DNA of 64,000 nt from Eledone cirrhosa (lineage: Eukaryota), in assembly GCA_964016885.1 (NCBI GenBank), contig OZ024743.1, positions 138,260,001 through 138,324,000 on the forward strand, given 5' to 3'. Below are positions 9,801 through 21,900 of this stretch, piece after piece. The notes beneath the pieces were generated by a model, which saw only the letters and a list, made by a program, of their open reading frames with translations, was not told the origin of the DNA and did not search any database. A program made the position numbers and the translations under genes. The stretch's first letter is position 1. Each line of letters starts with the position of its first letter.

Positions 9801-12800
9801 GTTGGTGTTTGGTGCTTGGTGCTTGGTGTTTGGTGTTTGGTACTAGGTGCTTGGTGCTTGATGTGTGGTGCTTGGTGCTTTGGTTTGGTGTTTGGTGCTT
9901 GGTGCTTGGTGTTTGGTGCTTGGTGCTTGGTGTTTGGTGTTTGGTGCTTGCTGCTGGCTGCTTGGTGTTTGGTGCTTGGTGATAGGTGCTTGGTGTTTGG
10001 TGCTTGGTGTTTGGTGTTTGGTACTAGGTGCTTGGTGCTTGGTGTGTGGTGCTTGGTGCTTTGGTTTGGTGTTTGGTGCTTGGTGCTTGGTGTTTGGTGC
10101 TTGGTGCTGGGTTCTGGGTGGTTGGTCTTTGGTGCTTGGTGTTTGGTGCTGGGTGCTTGGTGTTTGGTGCTTGGTGCTTGGTCTTTGGTGTTTGGTGTTT
10201 GGTGTTTGGTGTTTGGTGCTTGGTGCTTGGTGCTTGGTGTTTGGTGCTTGGTGCTTGGTGTTTGGTGCTTGGTGCTTAGTGTTTGGTGCTAGGTGCTTGG
10301 GGTTTGGTGTTTGGTGCTTGGTGCTTGGTGTTTGGTGCTTGGTGCTTGGTGTTTGGTGTTTGGTGCTTGGTGCTTGGTGTTTGGTGTTTGCTGTTTGCTG
10401 TTTGGTGTTTGTTGTTTGGTGTTTGTTGTTTGGTGTTTGCTGTTTGGTGTTTGGTGTTTGGTGTTTGCTGTTTGGTGTCTGCTTTTTGGTGTTTGGTGTT
10501 TGCTGTATGTTATTTGCTGTTTGGTGTTTGGTGTTTGGTGTTTGGTGCAGGGTGCTTGGTGATTGGTGCTTGGTGCTTGGTGTTTGGTTCCTGGTGCTTG
10601 GTGCTTGGTGTTTGGTGTTTGGTGCTTGGAGTTTGGTGTTTGGTGCTTGCTGCTTGGTGTTTTGTGTTTGGTGTTTGGTTTTTGGTGCTTGGTGCTTGGT
10701 GCTTGGTGCTTGGTCCTTGGTGTTTGGTGCTTGGTGCTTGGTGTTTGTACTTGGTGCTTGGTGCTTGGTGTTTGGTTCTTGGTTCTTGGTGTTTGGTGCT
10801 TGGTGCTTGGTGCTTGGTGTTTGGTGTTTGGTGCTTGGTGCTTGGTGTTTGGTGCTTGGTGTTTGGTGTTTGCTGTTTGGTGTTTCGTGTTTGGTGTTTG
10901 GTGTTTGCTGTTTGGTGTCTGCTTTTTGGTGTTTGGTGTTTGCTGTATGGTGTTTGCTGTTTCGTGTTTGGTGTTTGCTGATTGGTGTTTGGTGTTTGCT
11001 GTTTGGTGTTTGGTCTTTGGTGCTTGGTGTTTGGTGCTTGGTGCTTGGTGTTTGCTGTTTGGTGCTTGGTGCTTGGTGCTTCGTGTTTGGTGTTTGGTGC
11101 TTGGTGTCTGGAGCTTGGTGTTTGGTGTTTGGTGCTTGGTGTTTGGTGTTTGGTGCTTGGTGCTTGGTGTTTGGTGCTTGGTGCTTGGTGTTTGTACTTG
11201 GTGCTTGGTGCTTGGTGTTTGGTGCTTGGTTCTTGGTGTTTGGTGCTTGGTGTTTGGTGCTTGGTGCTTGGTGTTTGGTGCTTGGTGCTTGGTGCTTGGT
11301 GTTAGGTGTTTGGTGCTTGGTGCTTCGTGTTTGGTGTTTGGTTCTTGGTGCTTGGTATTTGGTGCTTGGTGCTTGCTGCTTGGTGTTTGGTGCTTGGTGA
11401 TTGATGCTTGGTGTTTGGTGCTTGGTGCTTGGTGTTTGGTTTTTGGTGCTAGGTGCTTGGTGCTTGGTGTTTGGTGCTTGGTGTTTGGTGTTTGGTGCTT
11501 GGTGCTTGGTGTTTGGTACTTGGTGCTTGGTGCTTGGTGTTTGGTGCTTGGTGCTTGGTGTTTGGTGTTTGGTGTTTGGTGCTTGGTGCTTGGTGTTTGG
11601 TGCTTGGTGCTTGGTGCTGGGTGGTTGGTGTTTGGTGCTTGGTGCTTGGTGTTTGGTGCTAGGTGCATGGTGCTTGGTGTTTGGTGCTTGGTGCTTGGTG
11701 CTTGGTCTTTGGTGTTTGGTGTTTAGTGCTTGGTGCTTGGTGCTTGGTGCTTGGTGCTTGGTCCTTGGTGTTTGGTGCTTGGTGCTTGGTGTTTGGTGTT
11801 TGGTGCTTGGTGCTTGGTGCTTCGTGTTTGGTGTTTGGTGCTTGGTGTCTGGAGCTTGGTGTTTGGTGTTTGGTGCTTGGTGTTTGGTGTTTGGTGCTTG
11901 GTGCTTGGTGTTTGGTGCTTGGTGCTTGGTGTTTGTACTTGGTGCTTGGTGCTTGGTGTTTGGTGCTTGGTTCTTGGTGTTTGGTGCTTGGTGTTTGGAG
12001 CTTGGTGCTTGGTGTTTGGTGCTTGGTGCTTGGTGTTTGTACTTGGTGCTTGGTGCTTGCTGTTTGGTGCTTGGTTCTTGGTGTTTGGTGCTTGGTGTTT
12101 GGAGCTTGGTGCTTGGTGTTTGGTGCTTGGTGCTTGGTGTTTGGTGTTTGGTGCCTGGTGCTTGGTGTTTGGTGTTTGGTGCTTGGTGTTTGGTGTTTGG
12201 TGCTTGGTGCTTGGTGTTTGTTGCTTGGTACTTGGTGCATGGTGTTTGGTGCTAGGTGCTTGGTGTTTGGTGCTTGGTGTTTGGTGCTTGGTGCTTGGTG
12301 TTTGGTGTTTGGTGTTTGATGCTTGGTGTTTTATGCTTGGTGCTTGGTGTTTGGTGCTTGGTGTTTGTACTTGGTGCTTGGTGCTTGGTGTTTTGTGCTT
12401 GGTTCTTGGGGTTTGGTGTTTGGTGCTTGGTACTTGGTGCTTGGTGTTAGGTGTTTGGTGCTTGGTGCTTGGTGTTTGGTGTTTGGTCCTTGGTGCTTGG
12501 TGCTTGGTGTTTAGTGCTTGGTGCTTGGTGTTTGTTGTTTGGTGCTTTCTGTTTGCTGCTTGGTGTTTGCTGCTTGGTGCTTGGTGCTTGGTGTTTGGTG
12601 TTTGGTGCTAGGTGCTTGGTGTTTGGTGTTTGGTGTTTGATGCTTGGTGTTTGGTGCTTGGTGTTTGGTGCTTGGTGCTTGGGGCTTGGTGTTTGGTGCT
12701 TGGTGCTTGGTGCTTGGTGTTTGGTGCTTGGTGCTTGGTGTTTGGTGTTTGGTGTTTGGTGCTTGGTGCTTGGTGTTTGGTGCTTGGTGCTTGGTGCTGG

Positions 12801-14083
12801 GTGGTTGGTATTTGGTGCTTGGTGCTTGGTGTTTGGTGCTTGGTGCTTGGTGCTTGGTGTTTGGTGCTTGGTGCTTGGTGCTTGGTCTTTGGTGCTTGGT
12901 GTTTGGTGTTTGGTGCTTGGTGCTTTGTGTTTGTTTCTTGGTGATTAGTGTTTGGTGCTTGGTACTTGGTGTTTGGTGCTTGGTGTTTGGTGTTTGCTGT
13001 TTGGTGTTTGGTGTTTGGTGTTTGCTGTTTGGTGTCTGCTTTTTGGTGTTTGGTGTTTGCTGTATGGTGTTTGCTGTTTCGTGTTTGGTGTTTGCTGTTT
13101 GGTGTTTGGTGTTTGCTGTTTGGTCTTTGGTCTTTGGTGCTTGGTGTTTGGTGCTTGGTGCTTGGTGTTTGGTGTTTGGTGCTTGGTGTTTGGTGTTTGG
13201 TGCTTGGTGCTTGGTGCTTGGTGTTTGGTTCTTGGTGTCTGGTGCTTGGTGTCTGGTGCTTCGTGTTTGGTGTTTGGTGTTTGGTGCTTGGTGTTTGGTG
13301 CTTGGTGCTTGGTGTTTGGTGCTTGGTGCTTGGTGTTTGGTGCTTGGTGCTTGGTGTTTGGTGTTTGGTGCTTGGTGCTTGGTGTTTGGTGTTTGGTGTT
13401 ATATGCTTGGTGTTTGGTGCTTGGTGCTTGGTGTTTGGTGTTTGGTTCTTGATGCTTGGTATTTGGTGCTTGGTGCTTGCTGCTTGGTGTTTGGTGCTTG
13501 GTGATTGATGCTTGGTGTTTGGTGCTTGGTGCTTGGTGTTTGGTTTTTGGTGCTAGGTGCTTGGTGCTTGGTGTTTGGTGCTTGGTGTTTGGTGTTTGGT
13601 GCTTGGTGTTTGGTACTTGGTGCTTGGTGCTTGGTGTTTGGTGCTTGGTGCTTGGTGTTTGGTGTTTGGTGTTTGGTGCTTGGTGCTTGGTGTTTGGTGC
13701 TTGGTGCTTGGTGCTGGGTGGTCGGTGTTTGGTGCTTGGTGCTTGGTGTTTCGTGCTAGGTGCATGGTGCTTGGTGTTTGGTGCTTGGTGCTTGGTGCTT
13801 GGTCTTTGGTGTTTGGTGTTTAGTGCTTGGTGCTTGGTGCTTGGTGCTTGGTGCTTGGTCCTTGGTGTTTGGTGCTTGGTGCTTGGTGTTTGGTGTTTGG
13901 TGCTTGGTGCTTGGTGCTTCGTGTTTGGTGTTTGGTGCTTGGTGTCTGGAGCTTGGTGTTTGGTTTTTGGTGCTTGGTGTTTGGTGTTTGGTGCTTGGTG
14001 CTTGGTGTTTGGTGCTTGGTGCTTCGTGTTTGTACTTGGTGCTTGGTGCTTGGTGTTTGGTGCTTGGTTCTTGGTGTTTGGTG
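3828..14083 (+). repeat. Two tandem copies of a ~5.1-5.2 kb higher-order repeat (approx. 3828-8942 and 8943-14083)
   Basis: Markers and ORF-track entries recur at offsets that step 5115 (GATTAG 3868/8983; 4118/9233), 5190 (5103/10293), 5225 (6438/11663) and 5232 (7380/12612; 8595/13827). Confidence 0.9.
6708..6915 (+). repeat. Example of the 104-bp sub-repeat dimer (TTGTAC...TTGGTTC...TTGGAGC; 14 heptamers plus one hexamer)
   Basis: The A of TTGTAC is at 6712 and 6816, and the A of TTGGAGC is at 6774 and 6878 (both offsets 104). The same dimer appears at ~11937, 15250, 22896, 25048, 28823, 47516, 52415, 55064, 58266, 59131, 60793 and 62609. Confidence 0.88.
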
Positions 14084-15318
14084 TTTGGTGCTTGGTGCTT
14101 GGTGTTTGGTGCTTGGTGTTTGGTGTTTGCTGTTTGGTGTTTCGTGTTTGGTGTTTGCTGTTTGCTGTTTGGTGTCTGCTTTTTGGTGTTTGGTGTTTGC
14201 TGTATGGTGTTTGCTGTTTCGTGTTTGGTGTTTGCTGATTGGTGTTTGGTGTTTGCTGTTTGGTGTTTGGTCTTTGGTGCTTGGTGTTTGGTGCTTGGTG
14301 CTTGGTGTTTGGTGTTTGGTGCTTGGTGCTTGGTGCTTCGTGTTTGGTGTTTGGTGCTTGGTGTCTGGAGCTTGGTGTTTGGTGTTTGGTGCTTGGTGTT
14401 TGGTGTTTGGTGCTTGGTGCTTGGTGTTTGGTGCTTGGTGCTTGGTGTTTGTACTTGGTGCTTGGTGCTTGGTGTTTGGTGCTTGGTTCTTGGTGTTTGG
14501 TGCTTGGTGTTTGGTGCTTGGTGCTTGGTGTTTGGTGCTTGGTGCTTGGTGCTTGGTGTTAGGTGTTTGGTGCTTGGTGCTTCGTGTTTGGTGTTTGGTT
14601 CTTGGTGCTTGGTATTTGGTGCTTGGTGCTTGCTGCTTGGTGTTTGGTGCTTGGTGATTGATGCTTGGTGTTTGGTGCTTGGTGCTTGGTGTTTGGTTTT
14701 TGGTGCTAGGTGCTTGGTGCTTGGTGTTTGGTGCTTGGTGTTTGGTGTTTGGTGCTTGGTGCTTGGTGTTTGGTACTTGGTGCTTGGTGCTTGGTGTTTG
14801 GTGCTTGGTGCTTGGTGTTTGGTGTTTGGTGTTTGGTACTTGGTGCTTGGTGTTTGGTGCTTGGTGCTTGGTGCTGGGTGGTTGGTGTTTGGTGCTTGGT
14901 GCTTGGTGTTTGGTGCTAGGTGCATGGTGCTTGGTGTTTGGTGCTTGGTGTTTGGTGTTTGGTGCTTGGTGCTTGGTGTTTGGTACTTGGTGCTTGGTGC
15001 TTGGTGTTTGGTGCTTAGTGCTTGGTGTTTGGTGTTTAGTGCTTGGTGCTTGGTGCTTGGTGCTTGGTGCTTGGTCCTTGGTGTTTGGTGCTTGGTGCTT
15101 GGTGTTTGGTGTTTGGTGCTTGGTGCTTGGTGCTTCGTGTTTGGTGTTTGGTGCTTGGTGTCTGGAGCTTGGTGTTTGGTGTTTGGTGCTTGGTGTTTGG
15201 TGTTTGGTGCTTGGTGCTTGGTGTTTGGTGCTTGGTGCTTGGTGTTTGTACTTGGTGCTTGGTGCTTGGTGTTTGGTGCTTGGTTCTTGGTGTTTGGTGC
15301 TTGGTGTTTGGAGCTTGG

Positions 15319-18290
15319 TGCTTGGTGTTTGGTGCTTGGTGCTTGGTGTTTGTACTTGGTGCTTGGTGCTTGCTGTTTGGTGCTTGGTTCTTGGTGTTTG
15401 GTGCTTGGTGTTTGGAGCTTGGTGCTTGGTGTTTGGTGCTTGGTGCTTGGTGTTTGGTGTTTGGTGCCTGGTGCTTGGTGTTTGGTGTTTGGTGCTTGGT
15501 GTTTGGTGTTTGGTGCTTGGTGCTTGGTGTTTGTTGCTTGGTACTTGGTGCATGGTGTTTGGTGCTGGGTGCTTGGTGTTTGGTGCTTGGTGTTTGGTGC
15601 TTGGTGCTTGGTGTTTGGTGTTTGGTGTTTGATGCTTGGTGTTTTATGCTTGGTGCTTGGTGTTTGGTGCTTGGTGTTTGTACTTGGTGCTTGGTGCTTG
15701 GTGTTTTGTGCTTGGTTCTTGGGGTTTGGTGTTTGGTGCTTGGTACTTGGTGCTTGGTGTTAGGTGTTTGGTGCTTGGTGCTTGGTGTTTGGTGATTGGT
15801 CCTTGGTGCTTGGTGCTTGGTGTTTAGTGCTTCGTGCTTGGTGTTTGTTGTTTGGTGCTTTCTGTTTGCTGCTTGGTGTTTGCTGCTTGGTGCTTGGTGC
15901 TTGGTGTTTGGTGTTTGGTGCTAGGTGCTTGGTGTTTGGTGTTTGGTGTTTGATGCTTGGTGTTTGGTGCTTGGTGTTTGGTGCTTGGTGCTTGGGGCTT
16001 GGTGTTTGGTGCTTGGTGCTTGGTGCTTGGTGTTTGGTGCTTGGTGCTTGGTGTTTGGTGTTTGGTGTTTGGTGCTTGGTGCTTGGTGTTTGGTGCTTGG
16101 TGCTTGGTGCTGGGTGGTTGGTATTTGGTGCTTGGTGCTTGGTGTTTGGTGCTTGGTGCTTGGTGCTTGGTGTTTGGTGCTTGGTGCTTGGTGCTTGGTC
16201 TTTGGTGCTTGGTGTTTGGTGTTTGGTGCTTGGTGCTTTGTGTTTGTTTCTTGGTGATTAGTGTTTGGTGCTTGGTACTTGGTGTTTGGTGCTTGGTGTT
16301 TGGTGTTTGCTGTTTGGTGTTTGGTGTTTGGTGTTTGCTGTTTGGTGTCTGCTTTTTGGTGTTTGGTGTTTGCTGTATGGTGTTTGCTGTTTCGTGTTTG
16401 GTGTTTGCTGTTTGGTGTTTGGTGTTTGCTGTTTGGTCTTTGGTCTTTGGTGCTTGGTGTTTGGTGCTTGGTGCTTGGTGTTTGGTGTTTGGTGCTTGGT
16501 GTTTGGTGTTTGGTGCTTGGTGCTTGGTGCTTGGTGTTTGGTGCTTGGTGTCTGGTGCTTGGTGTCTGGTGCTTCGTGTTTGGTGTTTGGTGTTTGGTGC
16601 TTGGTGTTTGGTGCTTGGTGCTTGGTGTTTGGTGCTTGGTGCTTGGTGTTTGGTGCTTGGTGCTTGGTGTTTGGTGTTTGGTGCTTGGTGCTTGGTGTTT
16701 GGTGTTTGGTGTTATATGCTTGGTGTTTGGTGCTTGGTGCTTGGTGTTTGGTGTTTGGTTCTTGATGCTTGGTATTTGGTGCTTGGTGCTTGCTGCTTGG
16801 TGTTTGGTGCTTGGTGCTTGGTGTTTGTACTTGGTGCTTGGTGCTTGCTGTTTGGTGCTTGGTTCTTGGTGTTTGGTGCTTGGTGTTTGGAGCTTGGTGC
16901 TTGGTGTTTGGTGCTTGGTGCTTGGTGTTTGGTGTTTGGTGCCTGGTGCTTGGTGTTTGGTGTTTGGTGCTTGGTGTTTGGTGTTTGGTGCTTGGTGCTT
17001 GGTGTTTGTTGCTTGGTACTTGGTGCATGGTGTTTGGTGCTGGGTGCTTGGTGTTTGGTGCTTGGTGTTTGGTGCTTGGTGCTTGGTGTTTGGTGTTTGG
17101 TGTTTGATGCTTGGTGTTTTATGCTTGGTGCTTGGTGTTTGGTGCTTGGTGTTTGTACTTGGTGCTTGGTGCTTGGTGTTTTGTGCTTGGTTCTTGGGGT
17201 TTGGTGTTTGGTGCTTGGTACTTGGTGCTTGGTGTTAGGTGTTTGGTGCTTGGTGCTTGGTGTTTGGTGATTGGTCCTTGGTGCTTGGTGCTTGGTGTTT
17301 AGTGCTTGGTGCTTGGTGTTTGTTGTTTGGTGCTTTCTGTTTGCTGCTTGGTGTTTGCTGCTTGGTGCTTGGTGCTTGGTGTTTGGTGTTTGGTGCTAGG
17401 TGCTTGGTGTTTGGTGTTTGGTGTTTGATGCTTGGTGTTTGGTGCTTGGTGTTTGGTGCTTGGTGCTTGGGGCTTGGTGTTTGGTGCTTGGTGCTTGGTG
17501 CTTGGTGTTTGGTGCTTGGTGCTTGGTGTTTGGTGTTTGGTGTTTGGTGCTTGGTGCTTGGTGTTTGGTGCTTGGTGCTTGGTGCTGGGTGGTTGGTATT
17601 TGGTGCTTGGTGCTTGGTGTTTGGTGCTTGGTGCTTGGTGCTTGGTGTTTGGTGCTTGGTGCTTGGTGCTTGGTCTTTGGTGCTTGGTGTTTGGTGTTTG
17701 GTGCTTGGTGCTTTGTGTTTGTTTCTTGGTGATTAGTGTTTGGTGCTTGGTACTTGGTGTTTGGTGCTTGGTGTTTGGTGTTTGCTGTTTGGTGTTTGGT
17801 GTTTGGTGTTTGCTGTTTGGTGTCTGCTTTTTGGTGTTTGGTGTTTGCTGTATGGTGTTTGCTGTTTCGTGTTTGGTGTTTGCTGTTTGGTGTTTGGTGT
17901 TTGCTGTTTGGTCTTTGGTCTTTGGTGCTTGGTGTTTGGTGCTTGGTGCTTGGTGTTTGGTGTTTGGTGCTTGGTGTTTGGTGTTTGGTGCTTGGTGCTT
18001 GGTGCTTGGTGTTTGGTGCTTGGTGTCTGGTGCTTGGTGTCTGGTGCTTCGTGTTTGGTGTTTGGTGTTTGGTGCTTGGTGTTTGGTGCTTGGTGCTTGG
18101 TGTTTGGTGCTTGGTGCTTGGTGTTTTTGTGCTTGGTGCTTGGTGTTTGGTGTTTGGTGCTTGGTGCTTGGTGTTTGGTGTTTGGTGTTATATGCTTGGT
18201 GTTTGGTGCTTGGTGCTTGGTGTTTGGTGTTTGGTTCTTGATGCTTGGTATTTGGTGCTTGGTGCTTGCTGCTTGGTGTTTGGTGCTTGG
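15319..18290 (+). repeat. Recent tandem duplication, unit 1475 bp (approx. 15319-16793 and 16794-18290)
   Basis: Constant offset of 1475 for ORF-track entries 15636/17111, 15925/17400 and 16261/17736. The private variant GGTGATTGGTCC is present in both copies (~15791, ~17266). The offset becomes 1476 after a +1 indel near 18126. Confidence 0.9.
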
Positions 18291-18964
18291 TGATTGATGC
18301 TTGGTGTTTGGTGCTTGGTGCTTGGTGTTTGGTTTTTGGTGCTAGGTGCTTGGTGCTTGGTGTTTGGTGCTTGGTGTTTGGTGTTTGGTGCTTGGTGTTT
18401 GGTACTTGGTGCTTGGTGCTTGGTGTTTGGTGCTTGGTGCTTGGTGTTTGGTGTTTGGTGTTTGGTGCTTGGTGCTTGGTGTTTGGTGCTTGGTGCTTGG
18501 TGCTGGGTGGTCGGTGTTTGGTGCTTGGTGCTTGGTGTTTCGTGCTAGGTGCATGGTGCTTGGTGTTTGGTGCTTGGTGCTTGGTGCTTGGTCTTTGGTG
18601 TTTGGTGTTTAGTGCTTGGTGCTTGGTGCTTGGTGCTTGGTGCTTGGTCCTTGGTGTTTGGTGCTTGGTGCTTGGTGTTTGGTGTTTGGTGCTTGGTGCT
18701 TGGTGCTTCGTGTTTGGTGTTTGGTGCTTGGTGTCTGGAGCTTGGTGTTTGGTTTTTGGTGCTTGGTGTTTGGTGTTTGGTGCTTGGTGCTTGGTGTTTG
18801 GTGCTTGGTGCTTGGTGTTTGTACTTGGTGCTTGGTGCTTGGTGTTTGGTGCTTGGTTCTTGGTGTTTGGTGCTTGGTGTTTGGAGCTTGGTGCTTGGTG
18901 TTTGGTGCTTGGTGCTTGGTGTTTGTACTTGGTGCTTGGTTCTTGGTGCTTGGTGCTTGGTTCT

Positions 18965-21900
18965 TGGTGTTTGGTGCTTGGTGTTTGGTGTTTGGTGCTT
19001 GGTGTTTGGTGCTTGGTGCTTGGTGCTTGGTGCTTGGTGTTAGGTGTTTGGTGCTTGGTGCTTGGTGTTTGGTGCTTGGTGTTTGCTGTTTGGTGTTTGG
19101 TGTTTGGTGTTTGGTGTTTGCTGTTTGGTGTCTGCTTTTTGGTGTTTGGTGTTTGCTGTATGGTGTTTGCTGTTTCGTGTTTGGTGTTTGCTGTTTGGTG
19201 TTTGGTGCTTCGTGTTTGGTGTTTGTTTTTGGTGCTTGGTGTCTGGTGCTTGATGTTTGGTGTTTGGTGCTTGGTGTTTGGTGTTTGGTGCTTGGTGCTT
19301 GGTGTTTGGTGCTTGGTGCTTGGTGTTTGGTGTTTGGTTCTTGGTGCTTGGTATTTGGTGCTTGGTGCTTGCTGCTTGGTGTTTGGTGCTTGGTGATTGA
19401 TGCTTGGTGTTTGGTGCTTGGTGCTCAGTTTTTGGTTTTTGGTGCTAGGTGCTTGGTGCATGGTGTTTGGTGCTTGGTGTTTGGTGTTTGGTGGTTGGTG
19501 CTTGGGGATTGGTGTTTGGTACTTGGTGCTTGGTGCTTGGTGTTTGGTGCTTGGTGCTTGGTGTTTGGTGTTTGGTGCTTGGTGCTTGGTGTTTGGTGCT
19601 TGGTGCTTGGTGTTTGGTGTTTGGTGCTTGGTGCTTGGTGTTTGGTGCTTGGTGCTTGGTGCTTGTTGTTTGGTGATTGGTGCTTGGTGCTTGGTGTTTG
19701 GTGTTTGGTGTTTGATGCTTGGTGTTTGGTGTTTGGTGCTTGGTGCTTGGGGCTTGGTGTTTGGTGCTTGGTGCTTGGTGCTTGGTGTTTGGTGCTTGGT
19801 GCTTGGTGTTTGGTGTCTGGTGTTTGGTGCTTGGTGCTTGGTGTTTGGTGCTTGGTGCTTGGTGCTGGGTGGTTGGTATTTGGTGCTTGGTGCTTGGTGT
19901 TTGGTGCTTGGTGCTTGGTGCTTGGTGTTTGGTGCTTGGTGCTTGGTGCTTGGTCTTTGGTGCTTGGTGTTTGGTGTTTGGTGCTTGGTGCTTTGTGTTT
20001 GGTGCTTGGTGATTAGTGTTTGGTGCTTGGTGCTAGGGGTTTGGTGTTTGGTGCTTGGTACTTGGTGTTTGGTGCTTGGTGTTTGGTGTTTGCTGTTTGG
20101 TGTTTGGTGTTTGGTGTTTGCTGTTTGGTGTCTGCTTTTTGGTGTTTGGTGTTTGCAGTATGATGTTTGCTGTTTCGTGTTTGGTGTTTGCTGTTTGGTG
20201 TTTGGTCTTTGCTGTTTGGTGTTTGGTCTTTGGTGCTTGGTGTTTGGTGCTTAGTGCTGGTTGTTTGGTGTTTGGTGCTTGGTGTTTGGTGTTTGGTGCT
20301 TGGTGCTTGGTGCTTGGTGTTTGCTGTTTGGTGTTTGGTGCTTGGTGTCTGGTGCTTGGTGTTTGGTGTTTGGTGTTTGGTGCTTGGTGTTTGGTGTTTG
20401 GTGTTTGGTGCTTGTTGCTTGGTGCTTGGTGCTTGGTGTTTGGTGCTTGGTGCTTGGTGCTTGGTGTTTGGTGTTTGGTGCTTGGTGTTTTATGCTTGGT
20501 GTTTGATGTTTGGTGCTTGGTGCTTGGTGTTTGGTGCTTGGTGCTTGGTGTTTATACTTGGTGCTTGGTGCTTGGTTCTTGGTGTTTGGTGCTTGGTGCT
20601 TGGTGCTTGGTGCTTGGTGTTTGGTGCTTGGTGTTTGGTGCTTGGTGCCTGGTGCTTGGTGCTTGGTGCTTGCTGTTTGGTGCTTGGTGTTTGGTGCTTG
20701 GTATTAGGTATTTGGTGCTTGGTGCTTGGTGTTTGGTGTTTGGTGCTTGGTGTTTGGTGCTTGGTGCTTGGTGTTTGGTGTTTGGTGCTTGGTGTTTGGT
20801 GCTTGGTACTTGGTGCTTGGTGCTTGGTGTTAGGTGTTTGGTGCTTGGTGCTTGGTGTTTGGTTTTTGGTGCTTGGTGCTTGGTGTTTGGTGTTTGGTGC
20901 TTGCTGCTGGCTGCGTGGTGTTTGGTGCTTGGTGATAGGTGCTTGGTGTTTGGTGCTTGGTGTTTGGTGTTTGGTACTAGGTGCTTGGTGCTTGGTGTGT
21001 GGTGCTTGGTGCTTTGGTTTGGTGTTTGGTGCTTGGTGCTTGGTGTTTGGTGCTTGGTGCTGGGTTCTGGGTGGTTGGTCTTTGGTGCTTGGTGTTTTTG
21101 CTGGGTGCTTGGTGTTTGGTGCTTGGTGCTTGGTCTTTGGTGTTTGGTGTTTGGTGTTTGGTGTTTGGTGCTTGGTGCTTGGTGCTTGGTGTTTGGTGCT
21201 TGGTGCTTGGTGTTTGGTGCTTGGTGCTTAGTGTTTGGTGCTAGGTGCTTGGGGTTTGGTGTTTGGTGCTTGGTGCTTGGTGTTTGGTGCTTGGTGCTTG
21301 GTGTTTGGTGTTTGGTGCTTGGTGCTTGGTGTTTGGTGTTTGCTGTTTGCTGTTTGGTGTTTGTTGTTTGGTGTTTGTTGTTTGGTGTTTGCTGTTTGGT
21401 GTTTGGTGTTTGGTGTTTGCTGTTTGGTGTCTGCTTTTTGGTGTTTGGTGTTTGCTGTATGTTATTTGCTGTTTGGTGTTTGGTGTTTGGTGTTTGGTGC
21501 AGGGTGCTTGGTGATTGGTGCTTGGTGCTTGGTGTTTGGTGCCTGGTGCTTGGTGCTTGGTGTTTGGTGTTTGGTGCTTGGAGTTTGGTGTTTGGTGCTT
21601 GCTGCTTGGTGTTTTGTGTTTGGTGTTTGGTTTTTGGTGCTTGGTGCTTGGTGCTTGGTGCTTGGTCCTTGGTGTTTGGTGCTTGGTGCTTGGTGTTTGT
21701 ACTTGGTGCTTGGTGCTTGGTGTTTGGTTCTTGGTTCTTGGTGTTTGGTGCTTGGTGCTTGGTGCTTGGTGTTTGGTGTTTGGTGCTTGGTGCTTGGTGT
21801 TTGGTGCTTGGTGTTTGGTGTTTGCTGTTTGGTGTTTCGTGTTTGGTGTTTGGTGTTTGCTGTTTGGTGTCTGCTTTTTGGTGTTTGGTGTTTGCTGTAT

